This document shows, piece after piece, positions 13,753 through 26,290 of a DNA stretch of 64,000 bases (within the stretch, counting starts at the first letter, position 1; every line of letters starts with the position of its first letter). Location: contig NC_045697.1 of NCBI RefSeq assembly GCF_009834535.1, positions 8,000,001-8,064,000 of the forward strand. The letters run 5' to 3'. The position numbers were made by a program, and so were the translations under genes. A model generated the notes under the pieces. The model made no database searches, was not told the origin of the DNA, and was given only the letters and a program-made list of their open reading frames with translations. This DNA is from Camelus ferus (lineage: Eukaryota).

Positions 13753-14728
13753 ATCTGAGCTTTCTTTTTTTATTGAAGTATAATAGATTTACAATGTTAT
13801 GTTAATTTCTAGTGTACAGCATAGTAATTCAGATGTATATATAAATATATTCCTTTTCATTATAGGCTATTGCAAGGTATTGAATATAGTTCCCCATGCT
13901 ACACAGCAGGACCTTGTTTTTTTATTTTATGTATGGTAGTTAGTATCTGCAAATTCTGAACTCTCAATTTATCCCTCCCGACCCCATTTCCCCCCTGGTA
14001 ACCATAAGTTATATTCTATGTCTATGAGTCTGCCTCCATTTTGTAAAAAAGTTCATTTATGTCCTTTTTTAAATTCCACATATAAATGATAAAATATAGT
14101 ACTTTTATTTCTCTTTCTGGCTTACTTCCTTAGTATGACAATCTCCAGGTCCATTCATGTTGCTGAAAATGGCATTATTTTGTTCTTTTTTATGGCTGAG
14201 TTGTATTCCATTGTATATATAACACAACTTCTTTATCCAATCATCTGTCAATAGACGTTTTGTTTGCTTCCATATCTTGGCTATTGTAAATAGTGTTGCT
14301 ATGAACATTGAGGGGCATGTATCTTGCCAATGTAGTTTTTCTTCTGGATATATGCCCAAGAGTGGGATTGCTGGATCATATGGTAGGTCTGCTTTTAGAT
14401 TTTAAAGGACTCTCCATACTGTTTTCCATAATGGCTGCACCAAACTACATTCCCATCAACAGTGTAGGAGGGTTCCCTTTTCTCCACATCCTCTCCAGCA
14501 TTTATTGTTTGTGCACTGTTTAATGATGACCATTCTGACCAGTGTGAGGTAATATCTCATTGGAGCTTTGATTGGCATTTCTCTGATAATTAGCAACATT
14601 GAGCATTTTTTCATGTGCTTATTGGCCATCTGTATGTCTTCATTAAAGAAATGTTTGTAAGGTCTTCTGTCCAGGTTTTGACTAGGTTGTTTGTTTTTTG
14701 TTTATTTGTTTGTTATTGAGTTGTATGA
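13753..14728 (-). mobile_element. Younger 5'-truncated L1 (camelid-type 3' UTR plus ORF2 C-terminus)
   Basis: T-tract then ttgaagtataatagatttacaatg; ORF 14105-14359 GIYPEEK..TCPSMFIATLFTIAKIWKQ..WIKKL is L1 ORF2 C-terminus; candidate TSD ctttatattattt (13740-13752) / cattatattgttt (14729-14741) at a TTTT/AA site. Confidence 0.92.
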
Positions 14729-15903
14729 CATTATATTGTTTTAAACATTTGTTTTTAACAAAAATATGAAATTTTCAAAGAAACAACAACAGAGTATATA
14801 GCCCAGACACAAGAAAAAGTAAACAAATCAATAGAAACTGTACCTGAGGAAGTCCAGGTATGAGACTCACCAGACAGGATTGAAAAGTAGGCTATTTTAA
14901 ATATTTTCTAAGAACAACATGTAAACTTATCTAAAAAACTAGAGCATAGTATAAGGATGATGTTTCACCAAATAGAGAATATAAATAAGGAAATAGAAAT
15001 TAGTAAGAACAAACAAACAAACAGGCATTCTGAAGTTAAAAAGTATAATAACTGAAATGAAAAACAATCCTTAGAGGAGTTCTATAGCGTATTTCTGCAG
15101 GAAAAAGAAAGACTCTGCAAACATGAAGATGATTATATTGGGATTATTCATTCTAAAGAATAAAAAGGAAGTAAAAATAAAGAGAAATAAAGAGACATAG
15201 AAATTGTCAGACACAATCAAGCATATCACATGTACATAAGGGAATCTTAGAGTCCCACAGGAGATGAGAAACCAAAAGACAAAAAATACTATTTGAAGAA
15301 ATAAAGGCCAACAACTTCCCAAACTTGATGAAAAGCTTAAATCTACAAGTGCAGACATTTCAAAGAAATTCAAGTAAGATAAACCAATAGAAATCCACAC
15401 CTAGACACATCATAATCAAATAGATGAATCAAGGACAAGGAGAATTTGGAAAGCAGCAGGAGAGACGTGACTTACCATGTACAAGGACTCCCCAATAAGA
15501 TTAACTGATTTCTTTAAAAGTATGAGGTCAGAGATGACATTTCAAGTGCTGAAAGAACATGAAGAATATTTTTCAGGATAGACCACATATTAGCCCATAA
15601 AACAAGCATCAATAACTTTAAAAGGATTAAAATCATACAAAGTGGATTGCTCTATTAAAATGGTAAGAAACTAGAAATATATAAAAGGTGGAAATTTAGG
15701 GAATACACAAATATGTGGAAGTTTAACAACACACTCTTATGTAATCAAAAGGTCAAAGAAGAAATCACAAAAAAAAAAATTAGAAAATACACTGAAATGA
15801 ATGAAACTGAAAACACATCATATCAAAATTTGTGAGCTACATTAAAAGCAGAGTTAGATGGAAATGTATAGCTATTAATGCCTATATTAAAAATTATAAA
15901 AAG
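14729..15903 (+). mobile_element. Ancient L1 (L1MD-type) ORF1 and ORF2 endonuclease remnants
   Basis: cacctagacacatcataatcaaa (ORF1 PRHIII motif); ttttcaggatagaccacatattagcccataaaacaagc encodes FSRIDHILAHKT-like endonuclease sequence; many disabling mutations. Confidence 0.85.
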
Positions 15904-15907
15904 TACT

Positions 15908-16211
15908 GGTATTAGTTTGCTAGGGCTCCCATAAGAAAGGACCAAAAAGTGGGTAACTCAAACAACAAAAATTCATTTACCAACATTCTGGAGGCTAGAT
16001 GTCTAGATCAAGGTGTTCACAGGGTTGGTTTCTTCAAAGGCCTTTTTCCTTGGCATATAGATGGTTATCTTCTCCCTGTGTCTTCTCATGATCTTTTCTA
16101 TGCCCATATCTGTGTCCAAATTTCCTTTTCTTCCAAAGACACTAGTCATATTGGCTTACGATCCACCAATAACCTCATTTTAATTGATGCCTCTTTAAAG
16201 ATTCTGTCTCC
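15908..16211 (-). mobile_element. MaLR LTR, MLT1A group, truncated
   Basis: gtattagtttgctagggctcccataa...ttctggaggctag...tgtgtccaaatttccttttctt...ctctttaaagattctgtctcc; the last part of the consensus is missing. Confidence 0.85.
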
Positions 16212-17845
16212 TGGAATAGTAGAAAGACCCTGAGTTCAACTCCTTTCATGGGCACAACAAAATTACAACTTACTTTCAGAGAAACCATTGATGAGAAAGA
16301 TCAGAATCTACCGGAAAAGACCTCTACAACTAAAGATATAAAGAAGGAACCACAAGGAGACAGGGAGGAGGAGTGGAATCACAGTACAGTCAAGACCCAT
16401 AACCCAGGAGGGGCAACTCACAAACGGGAGAATAACTAAAATTGCAAAGATTCTCCCCAAGAAGTGAGGGGTCTGAACCTCACATTGGGCTCTCCAGCCC
16501 AAGAGTTCTGCCCTGGGAAGACAAGCCCCTAGAAAGTTGGCTTTGAAGACCAGCATGGATTAATTTCAAAAGAGACAAAGGGCTGTGGGAAATAGAAACT
16601 CCGCTCTTAAAGGTTGCACACAAAATCATAAATGCTCTGGGACCCAAGATGGAAGCAGTAATTTGAATCGAGCCTGGTTCAGACCCATTTGCTGATCTTA
16701 GAAATTCTCCCAGAGAGGAAGGAAGCAACTGGACTCACCCTGGGGACACAGACACTGGGGAAGCCATTTTGGGGAGTTCGGAGTTCGGTCTATGTGGACG
16801 CTGTGCTAGAAAGTGCCATTTTGGAGTTCTCTTTCTAGCTTTTTAGACTTGGGACCCAGCCCTGCTCCACCTACCAGCCTATAGGCACTAGTACTGGGGC
16901 ATTTCAGGTCAAGCAACTAACTAGGTGGAGACACAGCTCCACCCATCAGCAAACCAGTTTCCTTAAGACCTCCTGATCCCACAACCACCCTTGGACATGG
17001 CCCTGCCCACCAGAGGGCCCAAGACCCAGCCCCACACACCAGTGCACAGGCACCAGATCTGGAATCCCAAGGGCCCTGCAGCCAGAGACCCCAGAACCAA
17101 CCTCCAGTGACCAATAGGCAGATACAAGTTCCAGAATCTCCTGGGCCTCAGCCTCATCCAACAGCAAACCTACTCTAATCCCAGGACCAGCCTCACTCAC
17201 CAGTGGGTAGGCACCAGCCCCAGGACAACTGTAGCCCCACAGCCTGCCATAGCAGGACCCAGCCCTGTCACCAGCAAGCCTGCATCACCCTGGGCCCATG
17301 CATCACCCACTAGCAGGCTAATGCAAGCTTTGGGACACCACAAAACCCACAGCCAGCTGTGTCAGAAACCAGCCCCACACACCAGGGTCTTGACACCAGC
17401 TCTGGATCCTTGGAGCCTTATAGCTAGACCCCAGTACCTGGCTCTGCCTGCTTAGCTGGCTGACACTAGTCCCAGGACCCGACTTCATCCACTGGTGGGA
17501 GGCACCAGCCCTGGAATCTCCTGGACCCTGACTCTGCCCACCAGTGAGCTAACATTACTTCCAGGGCCCCTCAGGGTTTTGCAGCCAGCCTCCTCGTGAC
17601 CCTGCGCTGCCGACCAGTGGCAAAGCAGCCTCCACACAAGGCAAGGCCAGACTGGGGGCCACCAACTCCTACAGTAGTTCAGCTCACCACGACAAAAGAA
17701 CCCATGCAGCCCACACAGGGGTCATCCCTAGAGCGTATAGCTCGGGTGGCCAGATGGGAGTGTGCTGCTGGAACTCAGAGGACGTCTCCTACAAAAGGCC
17801 ACTTTTCCAAAGTCAGGAAACATAACCAGCCTACCAGCTACATAT
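16212..17845 (+). mobile_element. Isolated L1 5' UTR (cetartiodactyl-type) with degenerate C-rich repeat array
   Basis: Colinear with the reverse complement of 59855-59280 and 59160-58930, which lies upstream of an L1 ORF1; two YY1-like gccattttgg motifs near 16763 and 16815. Confidence 0.85.
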
Positions 17846-17854
17846 ATATCATTT

Positions 17855-18676
17855 CACCAAGACAAGGACTTCTGCTGTAAGGACTTCTATTCCACTTTGT
17901 AGTGGAGGTTCTAGGAAAGTAATGATGGGTTGGGGGGAGCCATCCAAATTAAAAGGGAAGAAGTAAAACTATGTTTATTTTCTGAAACCATTATCTTTTA
18001 CAGTCCTAAGAATCTGCAAAGGAACTATTAGAGCTGAAAACATATGCAGCAATACTGAAAATATCAGTATAAAATCAGCTATATTGCTATGCAATAGCAT
18101 CAAAACCTAAATTTTAAATTAAAAAAATTACAATAGCATGAAAAAGAATATAATAATTAGAAATAAAAATAGCACAAAAGTTGCAAGAATTATACATTGA
18201 AATGTGCAAAAATCATTGCAAGAAATTTTAAAAAGACTTAAATAAATGGAATGACATTCATATTCATGTACTAGAATTTTTAATATTATTAAGAAATATT
18301 TAGAATATTCTTAATTCTAAAGATACTAGAATATTGAATATTATTAATAATATTTAATATTATTAAGAGGGAAATCATTATCAAGTAGCTCCACAGATTC
18401 AGTACAACTTCTTTCAAGGTTCCCGCTGCCTTCTCAACAGAAGTTAACAAACTGATTCTCACATTCATGTGTAAATACAAGAGAACCAGAATTGTCCAAT
18501 CTCGAAAAAGAAAACTGAAGTTGCAGGATTCACATTTTGCAATTTCAAAATTTATTACAAAGCTACAGCAATCAAGGCTGTGTGATATTGGTAGAGTATA
18601 TAAATAGATACAGAGACCCGTGGAGTAGAATTTAGAGTCCATACTAAACCTATACATTTAGGGTCAATTGATTTTC
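17855..18676 (+). mobile_element. Ancient L1 ORF2 RT-region remnant
   Basis: caagacaagga (TRQG motif), catccaaattaaaagggaagaagtaaaact, aataaatggaatgacattc, tattacaaagctacagcaatcaag, ggtcaattgattttc. Confidence 0.88.
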
Positions 18677-19337
18677 TTTTTTTATTCTTTTTTTTTTAAA
18701 TTGAACTATTGTCAGTTTACCATGTTGTGTTGATTTCTGATGTATAGCATAATAGTTTAGTCATACACATACATACATTTATTCCTTTTCATATTCTTTT
18801 CATTATAGGTTACTATAAGATATTGAATATAGTTCCCTGTGCTATACAGTAGAAATGCTTTGTTTATCTATGTTATATATAGTAGTCAGGATCTGCATAT
18901 CTTGAACTTCCAATTTATCCCTTCCCACTCCTTTCCCCGCTGGTAACCATAAGTTTGTTTTCTATGTCTGTGAGTTTGTTTCTGTTTTGTAGATAAGTTC
19001 ATTTGTCTTTTTTTTTTTTTTAGATTCCACATATAAGTGATGTCATATAGTATTTTTCTTTCTCTCTCTGGCTTACTTCACTTAGAATAACAATCTCCAG
19101 GTCCATCTATGTTGCAAATGGCATTATTTTAATCTTTTATATGGCTGAGTAGTATTCCATTTTATATATATATATCACAACATTTTAATCCAGTCATCCT
19201 TCAATGGACATTTAGACTGTTTCCATGTCTTGGCTATTGTAAACAGTGCTGCTATGAACACTGGGGTACGTGCATCTTTTTGATTTAAAATCCCCTTTGG
19301 ATATTTGCCCAGGAGTGGGATTGCTGGGTCATGTGGT
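18677..19337 (-). mobile_element. Younger 5'-truncated L1 3' end (camelid-type)
   Basis: Poly-T then ttgaactattgtcagtttaccatgttgtg; strongly similar to 13765-14385; ORF 19175-19426 includes HDPAIPLLGKYP..FIAALFTIAKTWKQSKCP..WIK. Confidence 0.92.
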
Positions 19338-20199
19338 TTTAGAAGAAAAAGAAAAGAAAAGGATCTGCTCCACGTGTCTAGAAATGCCATGGATACCTCC
19401 ATGTGATCTGTCACATCATGTCCCAATTCACTTCCCTCTCCTCTTGTTTCATTCAGCTTTGGGGTCTCAACAAACTCTCATGAGGGCTGTTGTCATTTGC
19501 TTATGGAATAACATTAGTGGATACACAGCGAATTGTCTACGGAAAAACCAAAAACAAAATTTTCTTTCTGTTGGAAACACTGAGGAACTTCCAGTTGTCT
19601 AAACCATGAACCTAAGTGTGTGAAATCTTCTTTGTTGGGGATAACTTGTAGCTATTCTTCTACCTATTGTGGTCCAGGACCCTGGTTGACTACCACAAGC
19701 CAAGTTGGGCAATCCTTTTGATACTCTCAGTTCACCCTTCACTATACAATACCACGTACTCCAGCTTTTTTTAATTTTGTGAGCTTGTTGCTAATAACAT
19801 TAGTTATTAACCTAAAATAAATATCACTATAATCTAATTCATCATCATACTGAAATTTAGGATAGCAGGTTTAAATTAATTTAAGATCAGTATATTTCTG
19901 ATTATAAGTGATGTTTATGAATAAAAAAAATCTAGAAACAATTCACGTGGGACAGTACAGTCCACAAGTGGTAAAAGCATATGGATGTGATACTCCAGGG
20001 AGAGATCTGCAACAAGTACTGAAGAAATTTAGTTTGTAGTTTAACTGCACATCAGTTTGACAGCTGTGTGTGTGGGAGGGTTGTGTGTGGTTGTGTTCGG
20101 AGGTTATACACCCACAATAATGACTACAGTGTACATAATTATACACTTAGAGTGGCCATAGCCACTGGCAGTGGACGAGGTTAATCATTTTGATGACTA

Positions 20200-20490
20200 C
20201 TTTAGTAAGCTTTCATTAGGTTATACTGTGATAATATATAACAAATCCTATATCTCGGGGGCTTCTAGCCACACAGGTTTATCTCTTGCCTGTATTACAC
20301 GTCAGAGCTGCAGGTTGTTGTTTAACTCACAGCCCAGCTCTAAGAACAAGCCCATAACTCAGTCTCATGGTGAAAAGAAAACAACATCCAAACCACATGG
20401 GGCTCTTAAAGCTTCTGTTTGGTTATGACAAGGTCACCTCCATTGTCCTTCCATCGGTCACAGCAAGTCATAGGGCCAGTTTTGACAAAA
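20200..20490 (-). mobile_element. Old MaLR LTR (MLT1K/L-like)
   Basis: ggctcttaaagcttctg...gtcacctccattgtccttccatcggtcacagcaagtcatagggcca. Confidence 0.65.
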
Positions 20491-20639
20491 ACGATTTGCA
20501 GGCATCTACTACACTGGAAAGAGGCACCAAAAGTCACATAGCAACACTCGGAAATGCATCTCTTACAGAAGGAGAGAGAAAATCAGGAAAAGTAAAATAA
20601 TTTACCATATCTATGTTATTTGTTTCCAAAATATTCCAC

Positions 20640-20915
20640 CTCTCACTTACCTCTTTGCTTTTTCAGATGTTGCCCCTCTTCCTAACATCCTCCTGTGCCT
20701 TGACACCTGGCGCCTCCTATGAAGTCCTTCCATTCAAGTCCCTTAATCTGACTCTATTATAAAATTAATCATGCGCTACCATGATTTTGTATTTATTTAT
20801 ATCCCATTACTTTTTCCTAACTGTAGGCTGCTCAAGACTAGGACTAGAGGAATTCTCTTTGTTACATGGATTCTGAAATTGTAAGTGTTCAGTGAGTATT
20901 TGATGAATTAATGAC
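20640..20915 (+). mobile_element. L2 3' end fragment
   Basis: actgtaggctgctcaagactaggact...gtaagtgttcagtgagtatttgatgaattaatga. Confidence 0.55.
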
Positions 20916-22051
20916 AGAATAATCTCAAGATTTGTTGTTAAGTTGGGCGTTTTATGTCTTATTTGATGAATTCTCTTCTTTCCTCCTCCCACCTTCCCTA
21001 CCTTCTTTCTAACTTTAACTAACCTTGATTGAGTGCCTTCTATTTGTTCAACAATGTAGCATGAACATAGTAATGAATATAGCACTGTTTGTACTATTCT
21101 GGGACCCACAGTTTACTAGGAGACAGAAATACTTGGACAAAGAATCAGATTAACTTTAATAAACAATGCCCAGGTTGATGTTACTAACATGAACCTGGAA
21201 TCTGACAGTGTCAGTATCGTACCCGCAGTTCAATGGCAGGGCTTGTCGTGTTCCAATTCAGGGAGTTTTGAATGGCATTATCTTAATTGTAGAATGTCCA
21301 AGGGAGTTCTGAACAAATTACCTTTCTGTCAAAATTCTTTGGTCATGTTTTATGGTTGACACACTTGTTTTTACTTTCAGACAGCTGTCCTTTGTGACCC
21401 ATACAGGACAATCATTTCCTCCTAAGTCTGTATTTTTCTGGTTTTCAAACTGGCCTGGTGACTTGTAAACAACCCTCAGCTTACTACTGTCACAGCATTC
21501 ATCCCATCGCCATTATCCTCTCGACTGCAACATATTACGGTTATCACACATGTGTTGGTTGTAATTAAATAATGTTATATACGAAACGTTAACAATGTGC
21601 TGCTTTCCAGAGGGGCTCATTTGATATGGTTAAAATAAAAACTAGTCATCTAAATTAAAATATTTCCAGGTTAAGAGAAGGAGGAAAAGTAAAAAATAAA
21701 AGATAAAGTTTTTCTAGCTAGATCAAGCTCTCAGAGAACAAAAAGTGCCTTTGCAGTAACACAGTTTTTGGGGTAATGAAATACATACAAGTTTTGATAT
21801 TCTGTTCAGAGCAGACAAATCCACAAGCCACAAGGCGAAGAGCTAATTTTCACTGGTGTAACAAAGTTTGATCTTTTCCTTAAAATAGGCTTCCTCCATA
21901 ATAGTGGTTGACTGGGTCAACTTTCTGATTGTAGAAAGAATGCTTTATAGGTTTTTCTTGTTACACGTCAGAAGAAGATGTAAACAATTGTTGATTCCCA
22001 GGCAGGATGGATAAGATTGTAGGAAGCTGGTAATATCCCCAAGGAGCAACA

Positions 22052-22390
22052 TGTTAGATACTAATTGCTGCCTAACAAGTTGCCACAAATCATGGAGGCC
22101 TGAAACAGGACATCTTTTATCTCACACACTGTCGTGGGGGAGGCATTTGAATGACTTAGCTGAATGTTTCCAGCTATGGTCTCTTGTGAGGTTACAGTAA
22201 AGGTATTGGCCAGATTTCAGCCGTCTGAAGGCTTGACTGGGGCTGGAGGAATCACTTCCAAGATGGCTCACGCACCTGGATGGCAGCACATGCCACGTGT
22301 TGACAGGAGGTATCAGCTCCCGGGGCTGCTGGAGTGTATTCATGGTATAGCTTTCCCCAGAGCAAGTGATTCAAGAAAAGTAAGACCGAC
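22052..22390 (-). mobile_element. MaLR LTR, MLT1F group
   Basis: Near-consensus tctgaaggcttgactggggctggaggaatcacttccaagatggctcac and ccccagagcaagtgattcaaga. Confidence 0.88.
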
Positions 22391-22440
22391 CACTCCAAAG
22401 ACTATTTCTAATAAATTGTCTATGTAATTAGGATTTAGCC

Positions 22441-22659
22441 CAGAGTTTCTTAACCTCAACACTATTGACATTTTGGGCCAGACAATTATTTGTTGTACTG
22501 GGGCTTTTCTATGCATTAAAGGATGTTTAACATCATTCCTGGCTTCCATTTACTAGATGCCAGTGGCACCCCCTCTTCCTAATTGTAACAAACAAAATCG
22601 TCTCTAGGTATCACTGAATGTCTCTTAGGGGACAAAATGAGCTCCAGGAAAAACCACTG
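22441..22659 (-). mobile_element. MER20 DNA transposon MITE, full length
   Basis: cagagtttctaacctcaacactattgacattttgggccagacaatt...actagatgccagtggcaccc...aaaccactg. Confidence 0.9.
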
Positions 22660-23711
22660 TAACTCTTAGAACAGCCAGGCTCTTGACAAGTCCTGGAAGA
22701 AAACGCAATCAGTAAAGATGACGATCGAGTTTAGAAAAAGAAAAGATGATTTTAAACCTTTAAAAATGAAGAGAAAAAAATAAAAATCTTCTCTAGAATC
22801 TATACAGTTTCACTCCAGATGATAAATTGAAATCTAATATCAAATCACTACAAATACTGACTGATCACTTCCTGTTATCTGGGATAATGATAGGTCTTAA
22901 GGATAAAAGGAGAATGAGATGTGGTGCCGGTTCTAAGGAAACTGTCCTTTTTAGTCCATTTTCTAAAGTTTTCATCTTTCATCAGCCACATTCACCAAAA
23001 ACTCATCAAAAAATAGAGTACTTTTAGTAAGAAAATGAAAGTTATTAAAGAGAAATAGTTTTCAACAATACACTTAAAACGTAATATATTTTCTTTTATA
23101 GCCAGATTTACCTCTCAATCTTTTTACTGGAAGATTTTCATACCTTACCTCAGGGATCTTATAAAAGCCTATGTAATTAAATTAAAGCAAAATATAGAAG
23201 AAAATCAGAAAGTTAAACAAAATAATTATGCTGTAACAACAAGAGTAATAAAAATAAAAAATAATGATAATAATGACAGTGTTACCAAAGCCAGGGAAAG
23301 ATAAAGAATTTAAATATAGTAGATATAATGTCTTGATTACTAAATACAGGTTCAGATTTTATTTGAAACTTCCTAAAAGCTACAACAAAATGGAAGTTAT
23401 GCCCGTCATTTTCAATTTCATAGAAATATTTACTCTGTGTAATTACCATTAGTGATTTCTCTCCTCTTTCCCCCCCAAACTACCAGTAAACAGTTGAATT
23501 AAAGTAGAAGGGAGGACATTAGTTTTCTGAGTTAAAAACTGATGACAGTAAAGAATGTAATTTGGGTTAGTGCACTTGTTTGCAACTTAGTTGGGTTTGA
23601 ACTCAAGGTAGATATTAAAAACAATCTTTAGAATTGGAAACATGTCTACTTTTCTACGACGAAGATTGATGGCACAGAAGTTTACAGTTAAAGTTTTATT
23701 AGTGTGAACTG

Positions 23712-23935
23712 TGAAAACAAGGCAGATTAGTGGTTGCTAAGAGCTAGGGAGAGGGGAGAATGGAGAATGATGCTACTGGGTATAAGATTTCTTTTGGGAG
23801 TGATGAAAATGTTCTGAAATTAATGGTGATAGTTGTGTGACTTTGTTACTACATTACAAACTACTGAATTATATACTTTAAAAGGGTGAATTTCATGGTA
23901 TGTGAAATATATTCTAATTTTTCAAAATTAAAAAT
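23712..23935 (+). mobile_element. L1MB-type 3' end
   Basis: gcagattagtggttgc...tttcttttgggagtgatgaaaatgttctgaaatt...atactttaaaagggtgaatttcatggtatgtgaa. Confidence 0.85.
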
Positions 23936-24969
23936 GTATCAGTAATATGAATATTTGATTGGAAAAGAATCAAATGAAATATATTAGAAAGTTCTTCTAT
24001 TAGACTTTAAAACAATAGATTTTGAGTCTTGTGTTTATGTAATATTTATGAAAACAATGGTCCTTTTTTTTTTTTTACTAATGTAAAAACAGACTTATTT
24101 ATTTTCTAAATTGATTCATTTGCTGGGTGAATTGTCTTACTGTTTTGCCTTTTCATTGACCCAACATAGCAAACTTTGCAGGCAGATGCTATGAAGTATA
24201 ATTCTCTTATATCCCCTCAAAGTGACTAGCACAGATCGAGGAGAAGAGGAATCTCATAATGTAAACTTAGTGACTGACAATTGATGCAATCTTGGCGACT
24301 TTTTACATTCTGAGTCTGTTTCAGGATTTTGAGCCAATCTATTTGGAGATGATATAAAGATGGAAAGAAGCCCAAATATGTTCAATAACAGATTGATAGC
24401 TAAAACTTATATCAGCACCATGTAAAGATGATTTGAATATAGAATGGATTTTAGAATAAAAGATGAGAAACAAACAAGTTCCAGGATGTGGGTTCAAAAA
24501 CCAAACTGATGGAATAACCTAAGAGAAAAAACAAAAATTAGTTCTTATGATTGGAAAATGACTTCAAGTGCAAGTTGGCATCACGCACGTGGTTACCAGC
24601 TTGCTTAAGCTGTCAGACAAAGCTGAGTGTGAATCTGAGTTATCTCACTTAACCAAGTTACTAAATTTTCTAAGCTACAATTTCTAAGAACTCATTTAAA
24701 AATAGTCATCCTTTCTTCAATTCTTCTTCATCCCAATTATTTCCATTTTTTTCCTTTTACTATGGCTGTAAACTATATGTCAAATCTTCCAGTCTGTATC
24801 TTTTTCACTTTGTGCTTCATTTTGGGTAATTTTCTGTGACTTACCATCTAATTTATAAATATGATCTTCAGCTCTATTTAGTCAAATTTTAGTCTATCTT
24901 GGAGGCTTTCTTCTGCCTATTCTGAGGGCTGGTCATCTCTGAACATTTCAGGAAACACTTTATTATGTA

Positions 24970-25640
24970 AAGTGAGAGGTTTGGAGTGGGTCTGACCTGG
25001 GTTTCAACCACAAATGTATTATCCTGCAGCAACACATCTGTGTACTTCAGGAAATCTTCAGGGTTTATTTTTCCTTATCCAAATTTGAGGAAAATAGTAC
25101 TTGCCACACAGAGCTGTGGTTAGAGTTGTATTAATCCAGATTCTCCAAGATGCCGCTGCCAAGACTAGAGTAAATGTTCAAGGATTTAATAGGTGGGCAC
25201 CTGTGAGAGAGAACAGGGAGCTGTAACCATTGGACAGGACAGGCTGTTGGCAGCAGCAGCGTGTCATACAGTCTACAGGAGTTTCAGCCAGGCCGCTGCA
25301 GGGAGGCCTCAAGTCACAGGTCAGCCACGGTCAGCCACATTCAGCCATCAGTTGATACCCATGTATCCAGAATTGTATCCTATCCTTAGCATCCCTGCCC
25401 CACTCATTCACTGGCCGAGAACGTGGCCGTGGGAAGGGTGGCCTCCCTGCAAATGGGACAAGACTTCAGAGCACAGCACTGGCCTTTGTTCCATTAAGCT
25501 CCGTATTGTTGATGGTCTTCAAGTCATATTTTCATGGTTGTGGTAATGTGAAATAATGCTATACAGTAAGTGCTTCCTATTGGGAGCCTACGAAGGGCCC
25601 AACACAGCACCTCCTACTTAGTAAATGACCAGTGAGTGGT
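24970..25640 (+). mobile_element. MIR SINE split by LTR33 (pieces about 24970-25126 and 25546-25640)
   Basis: gacctgggtttcaa...aaaatagtacttgccacacagagctgtggttagagt resumes as aatgtgaaataatgctatac after the LTR. Confidence 0.55.
25127..25545 (-). mobile_element. LTR33 (ERVL) solo LTR
   Basis: tgtattaatccagattctccaagatgc...gtttcagccaggccg...ggaagggtggcctc...ttcagagcacagca; homologous to the reverse complement of 52054-52470. Confidence 0.8.
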
Positions 25641-26154
25641 CACTGTTCTGGATCTGCACAATTAGGACATGATGTTGGAGTGTGGTGACTCTGTCCACTG
25701 CTGAGCCCGAAGCGCCCGTCAAAATCACAAATCAGCCTCTCGTTAGCATCTAACTGGGGCATTCCACAGATGTCAATAAAACTCAGCCACTGGGGTTAAA
25801 ATGTTAAATGGAGTTAGGACGTTTTAATGGAAAAAGTTAGAGCCCTTAAGAATGGAAGCAGCAAGGAAGTTCCAGGCAGGCACGGAGAAAGAACCTTCAG
25901 AAAAGGCCAATAGCAATATTGAGAGAACGGTGATTCAGAGCATTTCCATAGAAAACATGCTGCTGCTGACCCACTTCCACTGAACACGGGAGGCGGACCT
26001 CTGGGAAAGGAGTTTGCAGCAGGCGTCTGAGTTTTCCAAAACAAAAAAGGAAACAGCGGGCACTTCAGACTCCTCAGTACCAAACATTTGTCCTCCATGT
26101 CAAGGAAGGCGTGTTACCAACCAAGGAGGCGGTGCGTCTGGGAAAGAAAACTCA

Positions 26155-26290
26155 GTGCACTAGGAAACACACAGGATGGAGATGCCCAAGGCTTCTGTTT
26201 CAGCTGTGGTTCTGTCCTCACTGCTTCCGTGGCTTGGAGCAAGTCACCTCCCTCTGACACAGTTTTCTCATTTTTACAATGGATGTTAGC
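26155..26290 (+). mobile_element. MIR SINE fragment
   Basis: gtggcttggagcaagtcacctccctctgacacagttttctcatttttacaatgg. Confidence 0.65.

Noticed and set aside
16850..17700. Repeat-spacer pattern as a CRISPR-like array
   Set aside because: Units are degenerate and irregular, lie within an L1 5' UTR in mammalian DNA, and no cas-like genes are present.
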